A stretch of 43,531 nucleotides of DNA from a virus (taxonomy: Duplodnaviria > Caudoviricetes): the IMG/VR virus record IMGVR_UViG_3300037756_000072, positions 1 to 43,531 of that record; one strand, 5' to 3'. This document shows positions 1 through 8,856 of the stretch, in pieces (the stretch's first letter is position 1; each line of letters starts with the position of its first letter). The notes beneath the pieces are model-generated. The model saw only the letters and a program-made list of their open reading frames with translations. It was not told where the DNA came from and ran no database searches. The translations under genes were made by a program, and so were the position numbers.

Positions 1-75
1 TCGCGCTCCTAGACCGGTGGCCCATGCAGTTTTTGCGTGCGGGGGTTTTGGGGGAGGGGTATCCCCGAAGGGGGG
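1..75. other. Probable cos/packaging-initiation region
   Basis: Lies between the HNH gene (window end) and terS, the usual cos position in HK97-like phages; G-runs and T-runs (CTAGACCGGTGGCCC...TTTTT...GGGGG). Cut site cannot be fixed from sequence. Confidence 0.5.
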
Positions 76-126
76 TGTATAACACTAACACAATCGAGCC
101 GAAGAATCATCGCATTTGAAATCGTC

Positions 127-723
127 ATGGGCGCCAGAGGACCAAAACCGCTACCGAAGAACGTTCACCTGTTGCGCGGCAATCCAAGCAAGCTGCCGCT
201 CGGCCGGATGGGGGAAGGTTTTGAGCCGGAGGTGGACATCCCGGGATGCCCCAAGCACCTGTTGCCGGAGGCGCGTAAAGAGTGGCGCCGCATAGCCAAG
301 TTGCTAGAGCCGCACGGCATGATCGCGAAGGTGGACCGCGCGTCGTTGTCGCTGTACGTGCAGGAGTGGGCGTGGTGGGTCTGGTCCGATTCGATGTTCC
401 AGCGCGACGTCGCGAAGGCGGCCGCGGACCGCGTGGCACATGAGGCGGCCGAGGAGGCGAAGCGCGCCGCCGCGCCCGAGCGTGGCGAGACGTATGTCCC
501 GCAGCCGTGGATGGGCGGCGACGGCGTGCACCTCCCGACCTCGAACGGTGGCTTCACCTACAACCCGAACTGGGTCGCGCGCTGCAAGCACGCGGCCGCG
601 GTCGATAAGTACCTCGCGTCGTTCGGGCTCTCGCCGAGCTCGCGTGGGCGCGTGAGCCCGAGCACCCGGCAACCATACCTCCCCGGCCTCGAACCACCCC
701 AGGGAGGGTTCGAGGCGCTGTGA
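127..723 (+). CDS. terS: Terminase small subunit (P27 family)
   Basis: MGARGPKP...LRGNPSK N-terminus, P-x-HL...A-x-x-EW and FGLSPSSRGR C-terminal motifs; directly upstream of terL. ATG 127 preferred over the GTG at 37. Confidence 0.9.
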   Translation: MGARGPKPLPKNVHLLRGNPSKLPLGRMGEGFEPEVDIPGCPKHLLPEARKEWRRIAKLLEPHGMIAKVDRASLSLYVQEWAWWVWSDSMFQRDVAKAAADRVAHEAAEEAKRAAAPERGETYVPQPWMGGDGVHLPTSNGGFTYNPNWVARCKHAAAVDKYLASFGLSPSSRGRVSPSTRQPYLPGLEPPQGGFEAL

Positions 724-2480
724 AAGACTATACGGCGATCGCGACGCAGTACGCGCGAGACGTCGTCGAGCGTCGGATCCTCGCCTGCAAGTGGGTGCGC
801 TTGACGTGCGAGCGCCACCTCAACGATCTGGCGCGCGACGCGGCCGGCTGGCGCTACACCTGGAACCCCGAGCTCACCACGGCGGACGAGCTCGACGACG
901 AGGGCCAGCACGTCGTCAGGCCCGGCAAGGCCTACCGCCCCGCCGACCGGGCGTGTCATTTCATCGAGCTGCTGCCGCACATCAAAGGCGACTGGGCGGC
1001 GCGGCGCGAGCGGATCCGGCTCGAGCCGTGGCAAGTGTTTATCATCGCGTCGACCTTCGGCTGGGTCGACCGCGAGACGAAGCGCCGGCGCTTTCGCATC
1101 GTCGACCTGTTTGTCCCGCGCAAAAATGCCAAGTCAACGCTCGCCGCGGCGATCGGGCTCTACCTGCTGGCGTGCGACGGGGAGTTCGGCGCCGAGATCT
1201 ACAGCGGCGCGACCTCGGAGAGCCAGGCGGGCGAGGTGTTCACCCCTGCGAAGCTCATGGCCGACGGCTCGCCCGACTTCCGCGCGCGTTTCGGCGTGCT
1301 GGTGCGGGCGTCGGTGATCACCGTGCCGGCGACGAACAGTAAGTTCGAGGCCGTCATCGGCAAGCCCGGCGACGGCGCGTCGCCCTCGTGCGCGATTGTG
1401 GATGAGTACCACGAGCACCAGACTGAGGATCTCTACGACACCATGCACACCGGCATGGGGGCGCGCTCGCAGCCGCTGATGCTGGTGATCACGACGTCGG
1501 GCGACGACATCTCGGGCCCGTGTTACGCGCACCAGGACGAGCTGCAGCAGATTCTCGAGGGGACGATCGAGGACGAGCAGCGCTTTGGGATCATCTACAC
1601 GATCGACACGGACGACGAAGGCAGGCTCGAGGACTGGACGAGCGAGGAGGCGCTTGTCAAAGCGAACCCGAACTTCGCCGTTTCGGTTGACAGCGAATTC
1701 CTGCTCACGCAACAGCGCGACGCGGTGCGCGACTCGCGTAAGCAGGGGACGTTCCAGACGAAGCACCTGAACATCTGGGTGCAGTCGTCGGACCCGTGGC
1801 TGAATCTGCACAGCTGGAAGGCGCTCGCCGACCGGTCGCTCAGTATCGGGGATTTCGCCGATGAATCGTGCTGGGACGCGCTTGACCTCGCGAACGTGAC
1901 CGACATCGCGAGCCGCTGCAAGCTCTTCACGCGCGAGCTCGCCGACGGCACGCACTACTACGCGTTTTGGACTCACTACCTGCCGGCAGACGTCGTCTCG
2001 GACCCGGAGAACAAGCATTACCACGGCTGGCAGAAGGACGGCTGGCTGATCCAAACGCCCGGCAGCATGATCGACCAGGATCGGATCGAGATCGACATCG
2101 TCACCGAGCAGAACGCGTTCCGCACCGTCGAGGTCGGCATTGACGCGTGGGGCTCGCCCGGCATCGCGGCGGCGCTGGCGAACGAGGGGCTGACCGTGGT
2201 GCGCATCCCGCAGAACGTCGGGCACCTCTCGGCGCCGATGAAGTTGATCGACGGGCTGGTCAAGTCCGGCCGCCTGCACCACACCGGCGACCCGGTCGCG
2301 ACCTGGGGCGTAAGCAACGTGCAGGTCAAGCCCGACCACAACCAGAACTGGTTCCCGCGCCGCGGCAACCGCAAGAAAAAGATCGACCCCGCGCTCGCGC
2401 TCATCATGGCGATGGCGCGGGCGATGGTGTCCGAAGACAAACCGAGCGTCTACGCCACCCGAGGAATCCTGCGCGCATGA
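720..2480 (+). CDS. terL: Terminase large subunit
   Basis: LEPWQ, Walker A VPRKNAKST, Walker B AIVDEYHEH, ITTSG coupling motif, nuclease-domain LDLA and KIDPALA motifs. Confidence 0.97.
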   Translation: MKDYTAIATQYARDVVERRILACKWVRLTCERHLNDLARDAAGWRYTWNPELTTADELDDEGQHVVRPGKAYRPADRACHFIELLPHIKGDWAARRERIRLEPWQVFIIASTFGWVDRETKRRRFRIVDLFVPRKNAKSTLAAAIGLYLLACDGEFGAEIYSGATSESQAGEVFTPAKLMADGSPDFRARFGVLVRASVITVPATNSKFEAVIGKPGDGASPSCAIVDEYHEHQTEDLYDTMHTGMGARSQPLMLVITTSGDDISGPCYAHQDELQQILEGTIEDEQRFGIIYTIDTDDEGRLEDWTSEEALVKANPNFAVSVDSEFLLTQQRDAVRDSRKQGTFQTKHLNIWVQSSDPWLNLHSWKALADRSLSIGDFADESCWDALDLANVTDIASRCKLFTRELADGTHYYAFWTHYLPADVVSDPENKHYHGWQKDGWLIQTPGSMIDQDRIEIDIVTEQNAFRTVEVGIDAWGSPGIAAALANEGLTVVRIPQNVGHLSAPMKLIDGLVKSGRLHHTGDPVATWGVSNVQVKPDHNQNWFPRRGNRKKKIDPALALIMAMARAMVSEDKPSVYATRGILRA

Positions 2481-2728
2481 CCGAACAGCTCCCGACGCCG
2501 CGCGGCGCGCGGCCGTTGACACGCCGCCGGCGCGCGGCCGGGTTTCTCGCGCGCGCGGCGGTGCGCACCGCGGCGGCGATCGACCGCAACGACGTGTTCG
2601 GCGTGGCCGGGGCGGGGCTGGTGACGGCGGGGTTGTGGGAAATCTATCCGCCGGCGGCGCTGATCGTGCTCGGGGTGCTGCTGCTCGCGCTGGCCGTGGC
2701 CGGCGCGAAGAACGCGGGCCGCCCGTAA
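2477..2728 (+). CDS. Small membrane protein between terL and portal
   Basis: ATGA overlap with the terL stop; two hydrophobic segments (VFGVAGAGLVTAGLWEIYPPAALIVLGVLLLALAV); common at this position in HK97-like phages. Confidence 0.75.
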   Translation: MTEQLPTPRGARPLTRRRRAAGFLARAAVRTAAAIDRNDVFGVAGAGLVTAGLWEIYPPAALIVLGVLLLALAVAGAKNAGRP

Positions 2729-2732
2729 GGCG

Positions 2733-4436
2733 ATGGGGCTGCTCAACTCGTTCCTCGCGGCGCCGCGTGCGGTGCCGGAGCGCCCGCAGCAGCGCCAGCG
2801 CTTCCTCGTGCCCATGCGCACGGCCGGCATGGTGGTGGACTACGAGACGGCGCTGAAGTACTCGGCGGTGTGGCGCTGCATCAACCTGATCGCGTCGACG
2901 CTCGCGATGCTCCCGTGGCACGTGTTCGAGATGATGCGCCGCGGCGAGCGCCTGGTGCGCAACCAGGTGGACATGAACCACCCGGTCGACTGGGCGCTGC
3001 ACCGCCAGGCGAACCCGGAAACGTCGGCGTTCGACTTCCGCCAGTTCATGATGGCGTGGGCGCTGCTTGACGGGAACGCATACGCCGAGATCGAGCGCGA
3101 CCGCGCCGGGCGGGTGCTGTGGCTGTGGCCGATCGTGCCGGAGCGCGTCATGCCCACGCGCAACCCCGAGGGCGAGCTGGTCTATCGCGTGCGCAACGAA
3201 CGCGCCGCGGAGGTCGAGATCCCGGCGCGCGACATGTACCACTTGAGGGGCCTCGGGTTCGACGGCCTGGTCGGGTACTCCGTCATCAGCATGGCGGCGC
3301 GCTCGATCGGGCTCGGTCTCGCGATGGAGGAGTTCGGCGCGTCGTACTTTCACAACGGCATCACGCCGAGCGGCGTGCTCGAGCACCCGAAGAACCTGGG
3401 GGACGACGCGTACCATCGGCTGAAGACGAGCCTCAAGGAGGAGCACGGCGGCGGGCCGCAGCGCGCGTACCAGCCGCTGATCCTCGAAGAGGGCATGGCG
3501 TGGAAGACCATCGCCGCGAAGCCCGAAGAGGCGCAGATGCTCGAGAACCGCCGCTTCGGCGTGAGCGACATCGGGCGCTGGTACGGCGTGCCGATGGTGC
3601 TGCTCGAGGAGAAAGACGCGTCCACCTGGGGCAAAGGCATCGAGCAGATCCTGATCGCGTTCGACAAGTTCGGGCTCGGCCCCTGGGTCGGTCGGCTCGA
3701 AGCCGAGGCGGACATCAAGCTCTTCGGCCCGCAGCAGCGCGGCCGGCTGATCGCCAAGCTCAACCGTAACGCGCTCGTGCGCGGGGATCTCGCCAGCCGG
3801 CGCGAGTGGTACAAGGTCATGCGTGATCTCGGCGTGTTCAGCGTGAACGACATCCGCGAGCTCGAGGACCTGAACCCGATCGGGCCGGAAGGCGACAAGC
3901 GCCTGGTGCAGCTCAACATGACGACGCTCGAGAAGGTCGGCGAGGACCCGCCGAAGCCCGCGCCGGCGCCGCCGGGCGACGCTGAACCCGGTGAAGACGA
4001 TGACGAGCCGGGTCAAGACGACGACGGGGGTGGTGAAGGGAACGACCCGCCGACGCGCGCGCAGGTGCTGGCCGCGCAGCGCGAGGTGCTCACCGCCGCC
4101 ATGCTCCGGGTCACCGCGTACGAGCAGAAAAAGTACGAGCGGCCGATCAAGCGCTACCGCGGCGACCGCCCGGCGTTCGTCGAGTGGATGGATAAATTCT
4201 ACGCGGGGCAGGTGGATTACATGCGCGCCATGCTCACGCCGCCGGTCAACGCGCTCATCCAGCTCACGAACGCCCGCGCGCACGCCGAGACCGTGGTCGA
4301 GCAGTGCGCCGAGCGGTACGTGCAACTCGCGCGCCTGGCGCTGCTCGACGCGTTCGACAATGGCACGCCGCTGCAGATGCCGGACCCGCTTCTTGCGGTC
4401 GAACAACTGATTGAGGCTACCGTGCTATGCCATTAG
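2733..4436 (+). CDS. Portal protein, HK97 family, with C-terminal extension
   Basis: ALKYSAVWRCINLIA, LLDGNAYA, HLRGLGFDGLVGYS, ILEEGM and NDIRELEDLNPI motifs. Confidence 0.95.
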   Translation: MGLLNSFLAAPRAVPERPQQRQRFLVPMRTAGMVVDYETALKYSAVWRCINLIASTLAMLPWHVFEMMRRGERLVRNQVDMNHPVDWALHRQANPETSAFDFRQFMMAWALLDGNAYAEIERDRAGRVLWLWPIVPERVMPTRNPEGELVYRVRNERAAEVEIPARDMYHLRGLGFDGLVGYSVISMAARSIGLGLAMEEFGASYFHNGITPSGVLEHPKNLGDDAYHRLKTSLKEEHGGGPQRAYQPLILEEGMAWKTIAAKPEEAQMLENRRFGVSDIGRWYGVPMVLLEEKDASTWGKGIEQILIAFDKFGLGPWVGRLEAEADIKLFGPQQRGRLIAKLNRNALVRGDLASRREWYKVMRDLGVFSVNDIRELEDLNPIGPEGDKRLVQLNMTTLEKVGEDPPKPAPAPPGDAEPGEDDDEPGQDDDGGGEGNDPPTRAQVLAAQREVLTAAMLRVTAYEQKKYERPIKRYRGDRPAFVEWMDKFYAGQVDYMRAMLTPPVNALIQLTNARAHAETVVEQCAERYVQLARLALLDAFDNGTPLQMPDPLLAVEQLIEATVLCH

Positions 4437-4657
4437 CAGAAGACAACATACGTCCCGGGACGCGGACGACGTATACGTTCGCCGAGCTCGAGGTCAGCGC
4501 CGCGGCTTATGACGAGATAGCAGCGAAGCTCCGCGAAGCCGGATACGACCATGCCTTTGTCCCGGCGCGGACCGAAATCCAAGGTGTGCAAACCGAGCGC
4601 GAGCCCGCGATCGATATGCACGGCATTGCGCTCACGCGCGAGGAGCCGAAAACATGA
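4427..4657 (+). CDS. Hypothetical protein
   Basis: 76-aa ORF overlapping the portal stop; GAGG upstream; flanked by an imperfect direct repeat. Confidence 0.7.
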   Translation: MPLAEDNIRPGTRTTYTFAELEVSAAAYDEIAAKLREAGYDHAFVPARTEIQGVQTEREPAIDMHGIALTREEPKT

Positions 4658-4676
4658 AACTGATCGAGGCCACCGT

Positions 4677-4976
4677 ATGCCGCTAGAAGTCAGCCGTCAC
4701 ACTTCGCCGCCGCCGCTCGACATTTCGTACGAATGGCAAGCGGACATCCTGATGATCGACGGCGTGCGGTACTCCGGCGATCTCTTTCGGCTACTCGGCT
4801 TTGGGCCGACGGGCCGGCCGTTGCTGGTCACGCGCAAAGAGGACGGTCTCGTGACCTTCTTAACGTTCGATCTGACCGAGGCCGGCATTGCCGCGGCCCG
4901 GGAAGAAGTCGCGCACTTCGCCGACATGGTGTGTGCGCGCGCCGATGCCTTGACGCCAGCGGAGGTACAGCGATGA
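4677..4976 (+). CDS. Hypothetical protein
   Basis: ATG after GAGG; stop overlaps the protease start (ATGA). Confidence 0.65.
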   Translation: MPLEVSRHTSPPPLDISYEWQADILMIDGVRYSGDLFRLLGFGPTGRPLLVTRKEDGLVTFLTFDLTEAGIAAAREEVAHFADMVCARADALTPAEVQR

Positions 4977-5665
4977 AACTCGGATTCCAGATCAAAGCGA
5001 AGGACAAGAAAAAGGCCGAGGTCCTGATCTACGAGGAGATCGGCGAGAGCTGGTTTGGGGGACTCTCGGCGAAGCACTTCGCCGAGGAGCTGGCGAAGCT
5101 CGGGAAGCTCGACGAGATCAACGTGCGCATCAACTCGATCGGCGGCTCGGTGTTCGACGGCATCGCGATCTACAACACCCTGCGCGCGAACGGCGCGAAG
5201 ATCGTGGTCGACGTTGACGGCCTGGCGGCGTCGATCGCTTCCGTCATTGTAATGGCCGGCGACGATCGCCGCGCCGCGGCCAACTCCATGTTCATGATCC
5301 ACGACCCGTGGATCATGACGATGGGCACGGCGGCGGAGCTGCGCACGCAGGCCGACCTGCTCGACAAGATCCGCGGCACGCTGCTCGACACCTACGTGCG
5401 CCGCGGCGGCGGCGACGAAACGAAGATCTCCGACATGATGGCGGCCGAGACCTGGTTCACGGCCATAGAGGCGCAAGATCTCGGGTTCGTGCACGAGATC
5501 ACGGAGGACCTGAAGATCGCCGCGGGCGTCAGGCCGGAGATCCTGGCCAAGTTCAAGCACGCGCCGGAGTCGCTGCGCGCGCTCGCCGTCGAGGCTGCCT
5601 TCACGCCGACGCCGAACGAGAAGATCCAGCAGATGCGCGCGAAGTTGAACGCGCGCCGGCTCTAA
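4973..5665 (+). CDS. Head maturation protease, ClpP-like (S14)
   Basis: INSIGGSVFDGIAIYNTL, DGLAASIAS (catalytic Ser), FMIHDPW (His), ETWFTA-x-EA-x-x-LGF; GGAGG RBS before ATG 4973. Confidence 0.95.
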   Translation: MKLGFQIKAKDKKKAEVLIYEEIGESWFGGLSAKHFAEELAKLGKLDEINVRINSIGGSVFDGIAIYNTLRANGAKIVVDVDGLAASIASVIVMAGDDRRAAANSMFMIHDPWIMTMGTAAELRTQADLLDKIRGTLLDTYVRRGGGDETKISDMMAAETWFTAIEAQDLGFVHEITEDLKIAAGVRPEILAKFKHAPESLRALAVEAAFTPTPNEKIQQMRAKLNARRL

Positions 5666-5862
5666 CACCATACCGTAGCGAACGCCAGTAGCCGTCCCGC
5701 CTGGCAAGCGGGGCCGGGGGCGCCGACAGCGCCCCCGGTGGTTTGGAGACGATTACGTAGCAGGCGCCCGCATTTCGCGCGGCGTAACGGCACGGCTCAG
5801 TGCCCCTTTGTACCCGCGGCCCGCACGGGTCGCGCGCAACCCATTTCAACGGAGCAAACGCC

Positions 5863-7413
5863 ATGAAACTGCACTTTGTGCTGTTCGCGGTGGCGCTCGC
5901 CGTTGTGTTCGTCGTGCTGTTGCCGACGATCGCGCGGCAGGCCCGCCTGATCGACACCACCGCCGCCGAAGCCTTCGCGCGCCTGTTCCCGCACGCGCGC
6001 GTGTTTGCCGATGGCACTACCATCGCCACGCTGCAGGAGCGGCTGCTCGAGCTGAACGAGGAGGCCGAGAGCATCCAGGCCGCGGCCGACGCCGAGAAGC
6101 GCGATCTGACCGAGGACGAGCAGACGAAGGTCGACTCGATCTTTGCCGACTTCAAGAAGGTCGAGGCCGACATCGCGCGGCGCGAGCGCATCGACGCGCA
6201 GAGCAAGAAGCTCGCCGAACGCATGGGCCGGCGCGCCGACCCGAACGACGTCGTCGAAAACGACGCCGACGCGCAGGCCGCCGCCCGCCGGCGCGAGCCG
6301 CCCGCCCGGGCGCAGCGCATGCAGCTGCGCGAGGCGCGCGACCCGAACGGCACGCGCTGGGGTTGGAGCAACCTCGGCGAGTTCGCGTTCGCCGTGCGCA
6401 ACGCGCACCCGCGCGCCGGCAGCCGCATCGACCCGCGCCTGATCGCCAACGCGCCGACGAGCTTCGGCCAGGAGGGCGTGGGCGAGGACGGCGGGTTCGC
6501 GGTGCCGCCGGATTTCCGCTCGACCATCATGCAGAAGGTGCTCGGCGAGGCATCGATGCTCGGGCGCTGCGATCAGCTCACGAGCGGCGGCAACACGGTG
6601 GTGTTCCCGAAGGACGAGACCACGCCGTGGCAATCCTCCGGCGGCATCCAGGCGTTCTGGGAAGGCGAGGCCGGCCAGTTCACGCAGTCGAAGCCGAACC
6701 TGGGCTCGCAGACCTACCGCCTGAACAAGCTGACGGCGCTGGTGCCGGTCACCGAGGAACTGATGGACGACGCCCCGGGCATGGACAGCTACCTGCGGCG
6801 CAAGGTGCCGGAGAAGTTCGACAGCAAGCTCAACACCGCGATCCTGCGCGGCACCGGCGCCGGGATGCCGCTCGGCATCCTGAACGCGGGCGCCCTCGTC
6901 ACCGTGGCCAAGGAAGCCAGCCAGGCGGCGGACACCATCCTGGCGCAGAACATCTTCAACATGTACGCGCGCATGTACGCGCCGTGCCGCTTCCGCGCGG
7001 CGTGGTTCATCAACCAGGACATCGAGCCGCAGCTTTTCAGTATGACGCTCGCCGTCAAGAACGTCGCCGGGTCGGAGAACGTCGGCGGCGTGCCGGTGTA
7101 TCTGCCGGCGAATGCGCTCGCGGGCTCGCCCAACGGCTCGCTCATGGGCCGGCCGATCGTGCCGGTCGAGGCGTGCAGCACGCTCGGCGACCTGGGCGAC
7201 ATCGTGCTGGCGGATCTCTCGCAGTACATGACGATCATGAAGATCGGCGGCATCCGCCAGGACGTGTCGATGCACCTGTGGTTCGATTTCGACACGCTCG
7301 CGTTCCGCTTCATCATGCGGATCGCCGGCAGCCCGTGGTGGGGCTCGACCATCGCCCCGCAGTTCGGCGCCAACACCCGTTCGTGCTTCGTCACGCTCGC
7401 CGAGCGCGCCTAA
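5863..7413 (+). CDS. Major capsid protein, HK97 fold
   Basis: Coiled-coil delta domain, DGGFAVP, WEGEA, VPVTEELMDDA, ILRGTGAGMPLGI and LMGRPI motifs; GGAG RBS before ATG 5863. Confidence 0.95.
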   Translation: MKLHFVLFAVALAVVFVVLLPTIARQARLIDTTAAEAFARLFPHARVFADGTTIATLQERLLELNEEAESIQAAADAEKRDLTEDEQTKVDSIFADFKKVEADIARRERIDAQSKKLAERMGRRADPNDVVENDADAQAAARRREPPARAQRMQLREARDPNGTRWGWSNLGEFAFAVRNAHPRAGSRIDPRLIANAPTSFGQEGVGEDGGFAVPPDFRSTIMQKVLGEASMLGRCDQLTSGGNTVVFPKDETTPWQSSGGIQAFWEGEAGQFTQSKPNLGSQTYRLNKLTALVPVTEELMDDAPGMDSYLRRKVPEKFDSKLNTAILRGTGAGMPLGILNAGALVTVAKEASQAADTILAQNIFNMYARMYAPCRFRAAWFINQDIEPQLFSMTLAVKNVAGSENVGGVPVYLPANALAGSPNGSLMGRPIVPVEACSTLGDLGDIVLADLSQYMTIMKIGGIRQDVSMHLWFDFDTLAFRFIMRIAGSPWWGSTIAPQFGANTRSCFVTLAERA

Positions 7414-7480
7414 AGCCAACCGCCGTTAAACGCAGCGCCCCGGCTACGTTAGCGGGGCGTTCACTTTTCAGGAGACTTCG

Positions 7481-7933
7481 ATGAACCTCAATTTACTTCC
7501 CAGCGAGCAGGCGGCCGTGCTCGGCGTGATCGACCCGGACGCCGCCACCGCGAACACCTACACGAGCGACTGGGCGGACATGGGCCAGTTCGAATCCGTG
7601 CTCGCGATCATTCTGCTCGGCGAGCTCGGCGCCGAGGCCGATATCGACGCCAAGCTCGAGCAGGCGACCGACGGCGACGGCACCGGCGTGAAGGACGTCA
7701 CCGGCAAAGCCGTCACGACGCTCACGCACTCGCCGGTCGATTCCGACAAGCAGTCGCTCATCAACTGCCGGGCGGAGGAGCTCGACCTCGACAACGACTT
7801 CCGTTTCGTGCGGCTGTCGATCACGGTGGCGACCGCCACCAGCGACATCGCCGGCCTGCTCATGGGCTTCAACCCGCGCGCGCTGCCGGCGAGCGATAAC
7901 GACCTGGCGTCGGTCGACGAGATCGTCACGTAA
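7481..7933 (+). CDS. Probable capsid decoration/cement protein
   Basis: Acidic beta-rich 150-aa protein directly after the MCP with AGGAG RBS; function inferred from position. Confidence 0.7.
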   Translation: MNLNLLPSEQAAVLGVIDPDAATANTYTSDWADMGQFESVLAIILLGELGAEADIDAKLEQATDGDGTGVKDVTGKAVTTLTHSPVDSDKQSLINCRAEELDLDNDFRFVRLSITVATATSDIAGLLMGFNPRALPASDNDLASVDEIVT

Positions 7934-7934
7934 C

Positions 7935-8222
7935 GTGCCTGTCGTTCGCTTCACCGAGGACAAGGACGTCCGCGACCACCTGGGCCGCGTGGTGCAGTCG
8001 TTCCGCGCGGGCCAGGTGGTTGAGTTGAGCGCGGCGTCGGCGCGGCGCTGGCTGCGCCGCCACGCCGCCGTGGAAGTGCAGGGCGCGGCGGATCCCGCGC
8101 CGGCGCAACTGTCCACCCCGCCGCCGGCCCCGAGCGAGAATCATGGCCCGAGCCCACGCCGCCGCGGCAAGCGCCGCGCCCGAACCGACGCCGTGGGCGG
8201 TTCCGGCGATCTGGGGCTCTGA
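7935..8222 (+). CDS. Small head-region protein
   Basis: GQVVEL-x-x-x-x-A-x-RW pattern with a basic/Pro tail, as in small genes following capsid genes. Confidence 0.6.
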   Translation: MPVVRFTEDKDVRDHLGRVVQSFRAGQVVELSAASARRWLRRHAAVEVQGAADPAPAQLSTPPPAPSENHGPSPRRRGKRRARTDAVGGSGDLGL

Positions 8223-8814
8223 GGAAACCGCGGTCTGCCTCGGCGGCGGGCCGAGCCTGACGCAACGCCAGGTCGACGCCGTGCGCGGCCGCGCGCGCGC
8301 GGTGGCGGTGAACGACGCCTACCGCCTCGCGCCGTGGGCCGACGTGCTCTATGCCTGCGACTACCGCTGGTGGGAGTGGCACCCGGGCGCGCTCGGCTTC
8401 GCCGGCGAGAAGGTGACGTACAGCCGCCGCGCGGCGCAGCGCTGGCCCGGGCTGCGCTGGATCCGCGGCGACCCGAAGGCCGCGGGCCTCTCGACGAAGC
8501 CGCGGCTGCTGCACTGCGGGCGCAACAGCGGCTACCAGGGGATCAACCTCGCCTATCTCTACGGCGCGCGGCGGATCGTGCTGCTCGGCTACGACATGCA
8601 ACTCATCGGCAACCGCGCGCACTGGTTCGGCGAGCACCCGAACAAGGTGCGGTCGAACTACAAGGGCTGGCTGACTAATTACCAGACGATCGCCGCGCAG
8701 CTCCCGAGCCTCGGGCTCCAGATTATTAACTGCACGCCGGGGTCGGCGTTGCGGTGTTTTCCGATGGGGAAATTAGAAGACGTACTGATGGAGGCAATAA
8801 ATGTCGATCGGTGA
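8143..8814 (+). CDS. Maf/DUF115-like putative glycosyltransferase
   Basis: AVCLGGGPSL, VAVNDA, ADVLYACD, NSGYQGINLAYLYGARRIVLLGYDM and INCT motifs typical of the MAF_flag10/sialyltransferase-like fold. Confidence 0.7.
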   Translation: MARAHAAAASAAPEPTPWAVPAIWGSEETAVCLGGGPSLTQRQVDAVRGRARAVAVNDAYRLAPWADVLYACDYRWWEWHPGALGFAGEKVTYSRRAAQRWPGLRWIRGDPKAAGLSTKPRLLHCGRNSGYQGINLAYLYGARRIVLLGYDMQLIGNRAHWFGEHPNKVRSNYKGWLTNYQTIAAQLPSLGLQIINCTPGSALRCFPMGKLEDVLMEAINVDR

Positions 8815-8856
8815 AACGAAAGACTATATCGCCGAGCAACTCGCTGGCCTGACTCG

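Noticed and set aside
1134-4406. 1090-aa minus-strand ORF and similar long antisense ORFs (e.g. 5797-7419, 12114-13370, 18154-19452)
   Set aside because: Shadow ORFs of GC-rich sense genes with clear motifs; no recognisable domains.
5128-5146. Protease has INSIGG instead of the usual INSPGG, as possible avoidance of the S-P tag
   Set aside because: This position varies among phage ClpP-like proteases; a single site is not evidence.
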